Below, piece after piece: positions 11,982-24,270 of a stretch of 64,000 nt of DNA. Both the position numbers and the translations under genes were made by a program. The DNA is taken from the NCBI GenBank assembly GCA_010093605.1, contig MU004194.1, positions 192,156 through 256,155 on the forward strand. The letters are read 5' to 3'. Below the pieces are notes generated by a model. It did no database searches and had not been told where the DNA came from. It saw nothing but the letters and a program-made list of their open reading frames with translations. This DNA is from Lophium mytilinum (Eukaryota). The stretch's first letter is position 1. Each line of letters opens with the position of its first letter.

Positions 11982-12199
11982 GGTGACGTGGAAGCGAACT
12001 GGATCTTTGTTGATGCCGTCAATGCATTTGATTTCTATGGCGAGCGAGTCGGACTACGGGATGAAACGTGGGAAGTGAGTCGATACACGAGGTGCTCAGT
12101 AAAGATGTGAGATTGTCTCCTGGACGTTTCCTCGATTGTTGCTGACCACGGCGACCGATCAGATGATTTCTATGGAGCCTAGGCCTGTACAAGGCTGCG

Positions 12200-14700
12200 C
12201 TGGATCTTCGGAGGTATCTGCATAACTGCCCAGAGGGAGTATGCGGATATACTCGTGTCATGTGAGTCGAGGGCGAAGACGACGAGGCAGCTAGAATTCG
12301 TAGCGTTGTGCCTGAATACGCCTCCTCTCAAGTACGGTGTATAAGCACCTACGTATGTGTACAAGAATGCATCATTTTCGCTGCGAACTCGAACTCCGCT
12401 TAGTCTTCGCGTATCTCTACTACTTCTCGCTATTTTCTGTAGTAGAATCAGCAGCCAGGTAGTAACACGCATTGCACCCCTAGCCCCGTCAAGCTCCAAA
12501 CCCTTTCTCCCAGTTGCTACGTTCTTTAATTATTCCTGTCCAGAAGCATCATCACCACCCCCTAGCTAGATCAGTATCTCTGTATAACCCACTAGAGGGA
12601 CTCTTCGATATAGAACCACCCTTCTATTGATATACCAAATTCCTACATCCCAAGTGTCAGTTGTCCCATCACCCAGCAATAGGATCTCTGCACCCGAGCT
12701 CTGCACGACGTTTCGGCGGAACCCCTCAACCACACGGTCTCGATCAGGTTCCGCTCAGATCATGCAGAGGAGAGGCTGGGGATACAGCACTCACCTCCCT
12801 CCCTATACAGCACTCACCTCCCTCCCTACCACAATACGCCCTCATACAGACAACAGAACACGGAAGATGCGTCTCACTCGAGGTCATCGCCTTGAAGTCT
12901 CCCAGCCCAGCACAGGCCCATCCTCGCGAGCATAATACGTCCGCACAACTCATCTACTCAACGCACGGCACTCTCGCCATCTCGACTAAGAAATTGAGGC
13001 TCTGGGGCCTACAAGCCAGTACGTCAAGTACGCACTATTCAATTGCGACATATCCATCACTAATTGATTTTCAGGTTAAGCTCTTAGGCTTCGCCGAGTG
13101 GTAAGCGTCGGAAGCTCCTACATGCTGCCACCGACAACGGACAACAATACGGTGGTCGCCTAGCTAGAGGAGGAAGAGGAGATTGCCTCCGTCAGGGTGG
13201 AGGGCTCCATGCATACAGAAAAGCGGCCCCCTTCGCTGTCCGCACCCCACACCCCCCAAAGCACCACAGCAAAGGTACATAGATCAGGAACAGTACTTCA
13301 ATTTGCGAGGAAAACCCTTCTCATGGTCAAGAACCTTCATACATGTCTACAGCCCAAATCCACAAGCATCCTCATCCATCTGGCGCATCCATTTCCCTAC
13401 TAAGTATCTGTTGGGTTTGAACCACTGCCCGAAACGAGTGACAAAGAGTTGGGAACACACGACTAGAGAAGAGTCCTAGATAGTATAGGGACGACGAGGC
13501 CCACCGCACACTCCCTAATCCGATAATGAAGATATACTAGAGGAGGAGGAAAAGTCCTAAACCCGCCTCTGCTGAAGGGTTTTACTAACTCTTGGACCTC
13601 CTAGATGTAGACTGGGTTGATGAAGAAGGGCGTAGCTGTCCCGCTTGAGAGATTCTCCTGCCACTCGTACCAGTGCCTCCACTTCTTCCTTGGAAAGCCG
13701 TTCGCAATTGTGAAGAGTGGTATTGACGAAGGGAGGACGCGTGCAGGTAATAGCTGTAGTAAAGAGATGGCATTGAAGTAGGATCCGCCACCCAGACTAA
13801 GTGCTAAGCCATCCTCGGCCGCGCAGCCTTCAATGAGCACGCCGCTGATCCAACGAACTACCCGGTCTATTTGGCTTTCAGGGATGAATCGCCCTCGAGT
13901 CGGGGCTAGCTACCGAGCTGATGACGCTTGGCGGGTGGGTGTGAGTCGCGGTGCGGTGGGGTGTTCATTCCCATTGGCAGGCTATCTGTAGTGCAAGGTC
14001 TGAAAGGAGAAAGTCGTTGAAAAGGGTGAAGGATACTCTGAAACGGTATAAGCGGGAGAGATCTTGGTCAGTCGACTTGTGTAGTACAAAGTGTTGCTTG
14101 GATGAGCGAATAATGTTTTATTATTGGGGAAAGAAAGTCACGTGGATATCATTTCAGTTACCCAGCCCCTAGTGAGACCATGAGTTTATAGGAGAGCAAA
14201 CCTGGCACTACGGTTTTGTATGGTTATATAGGGTCTATAACGGACCGTAGATATGACTTGGGTAACGTGCTCCTTATGCCAGAGATAGGCAAGCTTGGAT
14301 TCACTTCTTATGGAAGCTCAGAGACGACATTAGGGTTCTTTCTAGATGTATTGTTTGAACAGTATTGTTGAATTTCTAGATGCTATGTTTTTGCTATAGT
14401 TGCAGCTGTAACACAGCAGATAATAAATTGTGATATTTGCTTTAGTGAAGAAATGTGCATTAGTAGAGCACCAGCCAGCGGACTTCTCTCTGCCGCTGCG
14501 TAGGGTGCTTTACTGTAGGTTCGATACTCATGTGAGTAAGTAAAGCCTTCCTAATTCAGTGAGAGAGCACCATACCCAGTGAAGCCTGATGGTCCGGTGA
14601 TGCGGACAGGTGTATGTAGGCTTATGGGGCGAAGCTGTAGGGCACCTACGTCCGTGTCTACATGATTGTATCTAGTCGGACTAAATACTGAGGATGGACT
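12200..14700. other. Gene-free tract with TpA/TAG-rich, RIP-like degenerate sequence (possible relic repeat or gene)
   Basis: No credible long ORF; many CTAG/TATA/TAG words (cctagctaga, gtcctagatagtatagg, gatatactagagg) in otherwise coding-like sequence. Judged by eye. Confidence 0.35.
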
Positions 14701-15342
14701 GGAGGATTGTCAGCTCTCTACCCTTGCCAAGCTAGGGATGCAAGATTAACGTCTCGCCTGGATCAAAAGGTAGACAAACGGAACATACAGATGCAACCAG
14801 TGCCACTGCATAGCACCTCATCTGCAGCATGCGGACATCCCTCGAGCAGTCTTCCAAGTGCAAGGCGGTCGTCTCTTAACCGATTCCGTGGCCGGCAAGT
14901 TTGAAGAATAGGAAAGAGATGACATGGATGTGGATCCCGGAGATCTCTTGTTTGCCGACCGTCCCCACGCTCAGGAATGCCGCTTCGGCAGTGTTTCTGC
15001 CGGTCCTTGTCTTTCCCGGAGCGAGTGACTTTCCAATCTTAAAAAGGGTCACATAGATGTATGAAACAGGGGCGATGAAATGTGAGGTGAAACTGCATCC
15101 TGGCCTCTGGGCCCTGGGGCGATCGTCGTATTGAGATCGCTGTAAGAAAATTCCCTTGTTTTCATGTAATAGTACAAACATGACGAAGAAAGCAAGATAA
15201 GTCAGACCAGGTTCTATTCGCCCTGGGAAAATCCTTGCAGTGCACGTGGTAGTGCATGCTTACCGTCAAGAGACCGTTCCGAAGAGACTGGACACATACG
15301 GCTGTGACAGAAAGGTGTTCTCCCTCGCAGTAGTACTCCCGT

Positions 15343-16267
15343 TCAGTCCCTCAGCCAAGCTCTCCTCTTCTCCTCTTTCTTTTCCCTCCGCTTGTTTCGG
15401 AACGCCTTGACTTCCTGCTTGGTGAGTTTCTTCCCTTGCCGTTCTGCCTTGAGACTGCGTCCGTCGTGGTTATTGGCCGCAGCATCGACATCAAAGAAGG
15501 CGCTCATCTGCCGCTTGCTCTTGTTCTCATCATTGAAGTTCTCCGGGTTCAACGCGGCCGCCTGCCAGCGACCGGTGAAGCGGTTGAAGAAACCGGTCGC
15601 AGCATACTGAGAAGTCGGATCCAAACCAGCGGCCCTGGCTGCGGCGTCCTCCGCGGCCTGTTCCTCCTTCGCAGCCTCAAGCGCATAGTCGGCATTGGGG
15701 TCATAGTCACCGTGTATTGCTGGGTTGTAACCACCGTGGAGGCGTGGAGGTGGGGAGGAAGTGCCGGGTGCGCCATAAGTGCTGCTGGTGGTACCTGGTG
15801 CACCGCTCATTGTGCCGGGGGCGCCACTTGATCCCATCCGATCATACGCTCCGAGCCCACCAGCGGAGGCATCTGGTCCTGTTGGCACCCGCGGATTCTC
15901 CCATTGTGTGGCGTGGGTAAGGCGGTTGTAGAAATAGAAGGCACCGGCGGTTTGGTCCCAGACAGGCTCCCAGCCATCCTCTTCAGGTGGCTGCTCGTCT
16001 GGCAATGGGGGGGCTTCTCCGTCTTCCAGTGCAGGAACTTCCTCACTTGGGAGCGGAGGGACGTCCTCGTCGGGCAAGGGTGGAGAATCTGCATCATTAC
16101 TTGGGCCTTCCGACTGTGGTGATGAAGAGCTATGACTATGATTGTAAGAAGAGTGAAAGACGGACGCGGCTGGTGGAGGTAGCTTGCTGTTCATCAATTT
16201 CGCCAGAGCTTTCGCGGCTCGCATCAAGCTCAACGGCCGGCGCAGACTCGACCGGAACTGGCGCCAT
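15343..16267 (-). CDS. WW-domain protein, conserved fungal family; 2 exons with a 52-nt intron near 16113-16164
   Basis: WW domain DGWEPVWDQTAGAFYFYNRLTHATQWENP; PPLP repeats; GGYNPAIHGDYDP, FNRFTGRWQ and basic tail KEEKRRAWLRD; GTCCGT...CACAG intron links MAPVPV... in frame. Confidence 0.9.
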
Positions 16268-18330
16268 TGTATCTACAATAATAGTGATAGCGGATTTGGT
16301 GGCGGGATGCTGGTTGCAGGTAGTGAGTGATTGTAGATGCAAGGTGTTGGTGTATGGACGTTGTCGCGTGAAACTGGAATGATGGTTTAGCTGCTTAGTC
16401 ACGACGTAACCTATGTCTTATTGCGATCCTGTGACACCACGTGATCATGTCGCGTATCTACACATCTCCATGTGATACTGAAACCTCGTCCTCAGCCTTT
16501 GCGGCTCGGGACCGCATGTGGAATTTGCTCCGTTCTTGACGACCCTCTAACAACAGGTTGCTCGGTACGGAGTACAGTCGGCGGTTTCTTAGGCACGATT
16601 CTACTGTGCACATTTTTCCAGGCGACGGACCGCCAACCATTAATCTCGCCGGCTCTTGAGCTTCGTCTACGGGTGGCAAGCTAGTCGCCCTCATGCAGGT
16701 GGATCTGTGCATCTGCATGCCATCAGGCATGACCTGAGTTTGGGGCCAGGTAGTAGCCGCTGGCGACAGGGCCACGCAAATGTCCGCCATCGTCGTCCGC
16801 TCACGACTGGCCATAGCCAAGTACGCCTCGGCATCGGGAGCGAAGGATCGCCAAGTACGCGGAATAACCTCTCAACGCCAATTCTTTCTGTTCCTGCAAG
16901 CAGTTTTGTGTCTCTGAGCGTCAGGGGTGCAGTAAGCCCATGCCCACAGCGGGAATCCCAGGATGCATTCTGCACTGCATATCGAGATGAGCAGCCGGCA
17001 ATCACCCATAACAGCCGTATTATACCAAGCATGCGAGGCGGCAGCGGTAGGGACCCCGCTAGACGGGTCTAGTTTGGATAGATTTGAGAACAGCAGCCGG
17101 AGCTGCACGACAGACTCGCAGACACGCGGGGCTCAGACCGTTCCACCCTCGAATCAGGCACGAGCGTTGAGACTCGAGACAGCGGGATACGATGCGAGGA
17201 AGAAGGCTGTTCGGGGCCGTGGTTGGCTGGAAGCGTGCAAGGACATGACGATAGGAGAAGAGCGTAGGAAGCAATTGATCTGAACCGTTCGACTCAATCT
17301 ATCTGACGCTCATCATGGGCCGATCCGGGCAAGCCTAGTGGGCCACCCTGGGGAAATCCTGCGCGCCGCTCGCGTTCTTTTGCCGCCATGTCCTGAAGAT
17401 GCCGCTGAGCAGAGGCCGTACATGGCGTGTGCAGGTGGGAAACATGCGGAGCGGCTGAGGCCTGCCCCCCAGGCACCACTAGAGCAGCCCCTGGCTGCAT
17501 CAAGATCTGCAAGCCGACATGCTTCAAACACTGACGCCGCACACCTCCACGCCATGACGCCCGGTGGCATAGGAGATCGGAGACAGCAAAGGGCCATCCC
17601 AGCTCTCCACGAGCGCGCGGAGACGCCGTTGTGAGGCGCTAGATCTCTCTCGTCCTCCGCCGCAGCATCTGCGTGCTTTGCGCGGGCCGTGCGGGACAGG
17701 AAGACCTTCCCCGGCCACCCTAGGCCTGGCTCCCGCTGTGTCTAGCTGCTGTGCCGTTCGGACTCGCATCTTGCTCAGGAATGTGAGTGTTGAGCGCGCA
17801 GTGCATACGGCGGAGCCAGCTTCTTGAGGACGTGGTGCGGACGCACTATTTGCAAACTCCCAGTCTACATATCCTGCATCCTGCTGTGTTACACTGCCGG
17901 GTGCCCGTGCTGCTTCGCCAGAGTCCGCCGTTGTTGCGGTGCGGTGCTTTTTCAGGGCGTCGGCTCCTGTCAGGGTAGGGCCGGCACTGTCAGGACTATT
18001 AGACGTCAGCCCTGCACGGGCACCCTCTTCCGTCCCTCCCTCGCAGAACCTGGCCTGCGTGTGCATCTTTGTGTGTCCAAGCAGCCAAACCACCGTCTGT
18101 ACTTTCTTTTGATCTAATGCACATGTTCGGCTGTTCGTCCTATGGCCTATGCGGATGCAGCGCCACTACTGGGCCTTCCCTCTACTAGTCGTCGAGCCCC
18201 CCAATACCCTTTGATGCACTCCTCAACTGCCATGCTGTCAACACGTGTATAACGGTAACCAGTCTTCATAACCTGCGTTCCCAATTCCTTCATCTATCAA
18301 AAAGCGACTGTACGCTTCTCTCTTACCGCT

Positions 18331-21113
18331 ATGGACCGTCTGCCCAGTCTTGTCCCCCCTAACGAGCCTCATTCCTATTTCAACAGAAATCCATCTGCAT
18401 CTTCAAATGCCGACTCATGGCGATCCGAAAACGCCACTCAGCCCAACCACTCTAGACCATCGGACGACCACTCTAGTGGTCAGAAGCTACCCAGTCTCCG
18501 GTCTCTTTTACAGCCTCAACTCCTAGACTCGAAGCCGCCGGTATCATCTTCACCACTAGAGGGGAGAAAATTGCCCCAGCCGTCTCGTGTCTATGATTCG
18601 GCAAGCCCTACCTTGAAACGACGGTACGGCAACGACTACTTTAGTCCTCTTCGCAGCGGAGGCGAAGCGGGATCCACGAGAGCTCCTCCTGTGCTGCATA
18701 CTCCTCTACAGTACCCAACAGCGCCGAACTCCAGTGCTTGCCTCACACCATCGTTTCAGCGTCATTCACGCCAGAATCTCTCTGATCCCGTCCAAACCAT
18801 TCCGCGGCCGTCGTCTGCAGCGTCGGGATTCTACAATCCTCATGGTTCTGTGACACCACTCTCTATTCCTGCTCCAACCATTGAGTCATTTGATGTCGCG
18901 TCTGTACAGTCTAAACGACGGCACGACCCCTCCTCGCTGCGGGCGCCCACCCGCTCCACTCAGTGTGTTGGCCAGCGGGAGATCCCTGGTGAGGGATTGT
19001 GTTATGTGTACGAGGATGGCTCCTTTTGCCGGGTCGTTATCGACGGTGAGCCCGTGAACCCGTCATGGGGAATCACCAAGGCAGGGAAACCGAGGAAACG
19101 GCTGGCTCAGGCCTGTTTGACCTGTCGGGAGAAAAAAATCAAATGTGAACCGGCGATCCCAAAATGTCACCAGTGTACGAAATCACAGAGATTGTGCCGA
19201 GGGTAGGTGTCCATCCCTCTTCAATCATTGCCTGCAGTTTGGCTAACGCGATGGACAGAGGCCTCAGCCAGGGCAGTAATCAAGATGAGCAATCCCCATC
19301 AAGTAACTCGTCTATGTTGCACACCCCAGCGATCGAACACATCAGCCCACTATCTGGCAGAAATAGCGCTGCCTTAGAGGCACCATTTCCAAGCCAACCT
19401 CCACTTAAAACCATCAAAACCTCCGAAGACAACTTTGTATGGAAGTCAGATTTCCAGAGAGATTCTCGTTTAAACACAGCCACCACTGGACCGACCTTCG
19501 AGACTCATCCGTCTCATACCCTCTCTAAGGAGCCTCCATCAATAGGCAGAACATCTTCTCAGCACAGTCTCTTGATGGAAGACCAATTAGAGTTGAACTG
19601 GGAACAAGATCCATATGAAGCGGATCCGAAACTCACATCTTCTCTCCTGGGTCTCTACTTTACTCACGTAGGGAGTGTGACTTATTGCATGTTCCCGAGA
19701 AAGCAATTTCTTGTTTGGGTAGGAAAGTGTCGAGACAAGTCTCAGGATGATCGAATGCTTCTCTACATTCTCCTTGCCATGGGCTCAGTATTTGCTTCCG
19801 ACGCGGGACAGCGTTCTGCGGGAAAACGATTTGCTGAGATCGCCGCTCATGCAGCTAGAAAGAGATTTGGGAAATTCAGCTTGCAGCTATGCCAGACTAG
19901 GCTCATGCTTGCACTATTCTACTTCGCTAGAGGGAAATCTACGGAAGCATGGGATTATTCTGGTGCCAGCTTGCGAGCAATCAGCGCTTTGAGACTGAAC
20001 ACAGAGGAGGGAGTGATGGATTTCCCTGAAGATGATCTCGACTATGGATTCGATCGACCAACATTGGAGGAATGCCGTCGACGGACTTTCTGGTCGGGAT
20101 TCCTAATGGATGTAAGTGTGTCATCGTATTTACAGGCCACCGCTCTTACTCTAATCTTCCGGCAGCGGTACAACGGATTCTGCGGCGGCACAGTTTGTTT
20201 TCTTCAACCCGAAGATACGTTCCTTCGTTTGCCTTGTCTAGAGAGCGACTTCGGATCGCCGTCTCCGCGAGAAGCGGCACTGTTTGATTTCGAGTTTTTC
20301 AAAGAGCCCCAGTCGAATGTGCCACCGAGCGCAATGACCCATCTTACCCTAATTTCCGCCATCTGGGGAGAGGTTCTTCTGTTTACTTCCCGAGCTATCA
20401 ATCGACCGGGCCAATCCTACTCACAACGGTACGAGGAATTCTACGATATCACCTGCCAAAGACTTGACGGGTGGCGGAACAACCTTCCCTCTCATCTCCG
20501 CTTCACACCTTCAAACCTCGACGACAGCTTCGCAGCCGGTTCCTCGGGCACCTTTATCAGCCTTCACGCCCTATACCACGCGACACAGATGCGTATGAAT
20601 CGTTACGCGCGAAACGCAACCTTTACTCCATCTACCCTTCGCCGCAATATCTCCAGGGCGAACATCAGCGCAACCGAGTTCATAAAAATCATGCAGGTGC
20701 TCGCCCCTGCAGCACGCCACGATCGCCGCCCAGACTTCCCTCCCGAATACATTCTGACTACACCCTTCTCCGGCTATGCTCTCATGCTCGCCGTCGACGT
20801 TGTCAGCGCCGGCGGCACCGTCGCTAGTCTACCCTCCCTTATAGAGTCCATTAGCACCGCTCTCCCTGCGGTTGCTGAGCTGGCGGATTTCTGGGCAAGC
20901 GCAGAGGTACAACACAAAGCCATCTTCTCGCGGCTGAAGCAACTAGCTGAGATTGCCCTATCGGAAGATGATCGCGCGAGAAGCGGGCCAATTTGGAGGT
21001 CGAGCGGTAGTTTGGAGACAAGTTTCGCGAAGAAAGATGATGTGATCTACGGGATTGAAGACCACGCCTTTTTCGACCTCTTGAATGGGGACATGATGAA
21101 TGAGGAAGAGTAG
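18331..21113 (+). CDS. Zn(II)2Cys6 transcription factor with fungal-specific TF domain; 3 exons (18331-19202, 19259-20111, 20166-21113)
   Basis: ACLTCREKKIKCEPAIPKCHQCTKSQRLC cluster preceded by PVNPSWGITKAGKPRKRL; middle homology region EECRRRTFWSGFLMD-RY. Confidence 0.93.
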
Positions 21114-21439
21114 CTAGAGATGTACTGGGCTTTTCCTATGAAATCGGTTGCTGCTGCTTGTTGAAATAAACTTTGTAATATTTCTGGGTTGCTGTTTGTA
21201 GACCAATATGGGTCGGCGTATTGGGTTTTGCGTTTGCTTTATGAGCGAAGCCGACTAGAACAAGAGTTGTTTGTTTGGACGGTGTCAAGATAGATATCAG
21301 TCTTGCTCCGCTCACGAGGAGATCACCATAATGTATAGAATATAGTGGATATGTTACCAAGAGATTCGGCGAAGATATGCGAGTAGGCGAATAATAACTC
21401 TTGAGCTGCGTAGAAGAGGTGGGTTATGCAGGACGAGCT

Positions 21440-22360
21440 AAAGCGATGCGATTGCGGGCATGCAAAATTGCTCTTCGAAAACAGTACAATCTATTAGGGA
21501 TAGTGACAGGCCCGCTTTAACGAACACGATCGCCTGCTTCTCGTTATTCGGACACGCGAAGAAGACGCGCGCTCTGCTCGGCGCGGTCAATGGAGTAGAA
21601 TCCCACAGGATTTCCAGCAAACAGCACATCCCAATCACTTCGAGCAGCCTTGGTGCCTATAGGATCTCGTGTTTGTCCAAAAGTACGAAGGATTCTCCAT
21701 CCTTAACAAGGCACACACGGCAACCTCCGCCTTCCCGTCCTCATCTCACGACCGCCCAACACGGAGCGACAGCAAGACATCTCACTCATCTTCCTTCCAC
21801 CAAAACCATCTTTCCACACATAATATGTACGAACCAGTTGACACCGCCTGCGCAACCTCACCCAGCCGGAGCCAGGCACCCACGCAGCCAGCTCTAATAG
21901 GTTCGAGCTCCCTCTCCGCACCTCCAAATCTCGGCCCAGCAATATACGCCCCCGCCGCCGGTACCCAGCCGTCTGACAGAATGCCATTCAGAGGGGCGGC
22001 GGACGGGGTGCTGGGTGAACTGTCTTGGGTGCGTTGTTGAAGGAGGACAGAAGTCGGAGGCTGGGAAGATTTTTTAAACCATGCGCAGGGTGCGCTAGTA
22101 GGGGAAGGTTTAGACGAGGCGCTAGTCAGAGTCACGTGCTGAGCACTCCCAGCATACAGTGCGAGGGCTGCGAGATTTGCACATGGGTCAAGGTTCTTGA
22201 CGTATCGGAGGATTTGGGTTTTAAAAATTGTATACTTGTTTTCTAGTTTCAAAGGGCTGAATGCTACTCTAAAGGCATCTTCTATAAACCTCCCCTTCTC
22301 GATAGCGATCGCATCCGTTCCAAATTCAAAGTGCATCCTTGATTGCCAGCATGAATCCAA
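21440..22360 (-). pseudogene. Frameshifted relic resembling the ACP-thioesterase end of a fungal polyketide synthase
   Basis: LDPCANLAAL (ACP-like), PPTSVLLQ...ILSDG...AAGAYIA, then LGEV/RRR/GSYIL/W-F-GG spread over shifted frames, like the EIRRRQPxGPYxLGGWSxGG thioesterase motif. Confidence 0.45.
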
Positions 22361-23028
22361 GTCTCCGAAGATAGAATCTATCCATCACCATCCAGGAGAT
22401 AAGTGCTTGATGGGACTGAGGTGTACAGTACAAGGCCATAAGTCTGGGCACATGAACTCACTTCTGCTGGGCTTCCAACTTCTTCACTCGACACCACTGT
22501 TCGGGGTAGCTTGGCAGCTTGGTTGCTAAACAGCCACTTAGCTAAGAGAGAGTCTAATCTGTAGTGCTTGGACCTCGACATTGCCGCTGGATCTCGGAAA
22601 TCTTGTGGCGGTACCCCAGCAGTGGTGAGCCAGTGTGCCCAGATTTATGGCCTGTTACTGTAGGTGCTCTTCAGGAACGCGCAAAGATCGTTCTTCGCAA
22701 AATGAAAAGGCAAAGAAACGACTTTCGTTGTTTTGTTACTTTGTGGGGTTTTTGATGCAGCGAGTTCGCGAAGGCTAATGCGTGTCTCTATGGGTGCCGA
22801 TTGTCTCAGCTCCGGTATACAGGCGAGAGCTTCACCAAAGCTTCACCAAACGGTGTTGGGATTCGGTTCCTTCCTTGGCCTACAGATCGGCGGCTGTAGT
22901 GGGTAGATACCATTCGTGGGATATATTCCGTTGAAACTTTGGTCTCTTATAGTGTTGAGATTTAGCCTCTGCGTCGCTGTTGACGACGGGACATCGCAGT
23001 GTTGGAGTCTGGGCAGAATAGACGCTTT

Positions 23029-24270
23029 TTATTTTTCCCCGAGAAGGAAGGCTGGGAGATGATAGTAGGCCCGGTTTGTTACGGCTTCGATATCTTGACC
23101 TTGGCCCGTAAATCCAGGAGAGAGAGAAGTGTACGGCCCATGATGGCGTCTTGCAATTGCAGCTTTATCGTTTCGGTCTTGAGCTATGAGACTAGGAGGG
23201 ATCACTGGCGCTACGTCTGGGCGAGGATTGCGAATGGAATAGAAGCTTCTTTTGATTGCAGCTTCTTCGTCTCGGTCTGCAGCTGTGAACCCAGGAGGGA
23301 TCGCTGGCGCCACGTCCGGGCGAGCAGTGTGTGTTGAATAGAGACTCTTCGAAGTGGCAGCTTCGTTATCCCGGTTTTGCGCCGTGATTCCAGGAGGACT
23401 GATTAGTGTCGGGCGTGGGCGAGAAGCGCGAGTCGCGTGAAGCTTTCTTTCCATCTCGGCTTCGCCATCTCGCATTCGTTCACCCTGGCCGTGCTTTTCA
23501 AACGAGAGGGCCTGGGATTCGAGTGTATGGACATTCCGGGTGGTTAAGCGTTGGGGACGAGGGGAGACGAGCTCTACGGTAACATATGAGGTGCGAAAAC
23601 GAGTGACGACTTGGGTGTTGTCCTGTTTTCTGGCTCTCTGAGTAGAGGGATACATGCTCGGTGGTGAGAGGTATGAGTAGTGTTTCCGTGGAAGAGGGCG
23701 TGAAAGAAATTCGTATGTAGAGCCCGGGGCATACAACTCGTGCTTTGGGTACGCTGGGCTGTCTTGTTGTAGCACTGTGTTAGGCACTGGCAGTAAGTGT
23801 CTATTGGTGTAAAGGCGTAGTCTGTGTGCTGCGATCGTGGCATGTTTGTAAGGATCTCGCGCGCGCTCTGATCGCGCTCTGACTTGGAATCCATGGTTTT
23901 GGGTTGACGGAACCGTGGTTTGGTATGCGATTTGAGGGGGCGTACGATGGCTTGGCATCGGTCCCTGAACACGCTGAGCTTGCCGATAACGAGGCTCGTA
24001 TGGTACTGTGCTATGCTGGCTATGGGGTTTATAGGATCCTCCATGCTGGGTAATTAGTGGTGGGGTCGTGGGAGCATGTTGGCTCTTTGAGTATTGATAA
24101 TGAACCTCACCTTGTGGTCTTGCGACATGAGAGTGATTGATGACTAGCTCCCTATAATGAGTAGGATAATCCAGGCTGTAATACTGACAATCAAGTTGGT
24201 GAACCTTGTCTCCAGTCCCGCTTTGCTGCGAAGCCCAAGAACCAACATGGTATGAAGGATCCAACGGCAA
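23029..24270 (-). CDS. Orphan ORF (up to 413 codons, start uncertain) with C-terminal 33-aa tandem repeats
   Basis: Long uninterrupted frame, but it opens on TTG and the first in-frame ATG is near 23958; repeats RPDVAP.IPP.FTA.DRDE.AAI.RS.Y. Confidence 0.4.
   Translation of the reverse strand: MPLDPSYHVGSWASQQSGTGDKVHQLDCQYYSLDYPTHYRELVINHSHVARPQGEVHYQYSKSQHAPTTPPLITQHGGSYKPHSQHSTVPYEPRYRQAQRVQGPMPSHRTPPQIAYQTTVPSTQNHGFQVRARSERARDPYKHATIAAHRLRLYTNRHLLPVPNTVLQQDSPAYPKHELYAPGSTYEFLSRPLPRKHYSYLSPPSMYPSTQRARKQDNTQVVTRFRTSYVTVELVSPRPQRLTTRNVHTLESQALSFEKHGQGERMRDGEAEMERKLHATRASRPRPTLISPPGITAQNRDNEAATSKSLYSTHTARPDVAPAIPPGFTAADRDEEAAIKRSFYSIRNPRPDVAPVIPPSLIAQDRNDKAAIARRHHGPYTSLSPGFTGQGQDIEAVTNRAYYHLPAFLLGEK
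23060..23425 (-). repeat. Tandem repeat, 99-bp period, about 3 clear copies plus one degenerate copy
   Basis: GCAGCTT recurs at about 23159, 23258 and 23357; GGAGG(G/A) recurs at about 23196, 23295 and 23394. Confidence 0.85.

Noticed and set aside
14707..15300. Possible structured RNA (RNase P/MRP, telomerase RNA) downstream of the WW gene
   Set aside because: No conserved P4 or telomeric template motifs recognised; likely 3' UTR or intergenic DNA.
16458..18117. Many 100-190 codon ORFs on both strands
   Set aside because: Overlapping in several frames, no domain signatures; GC-rich divergent promoter region.
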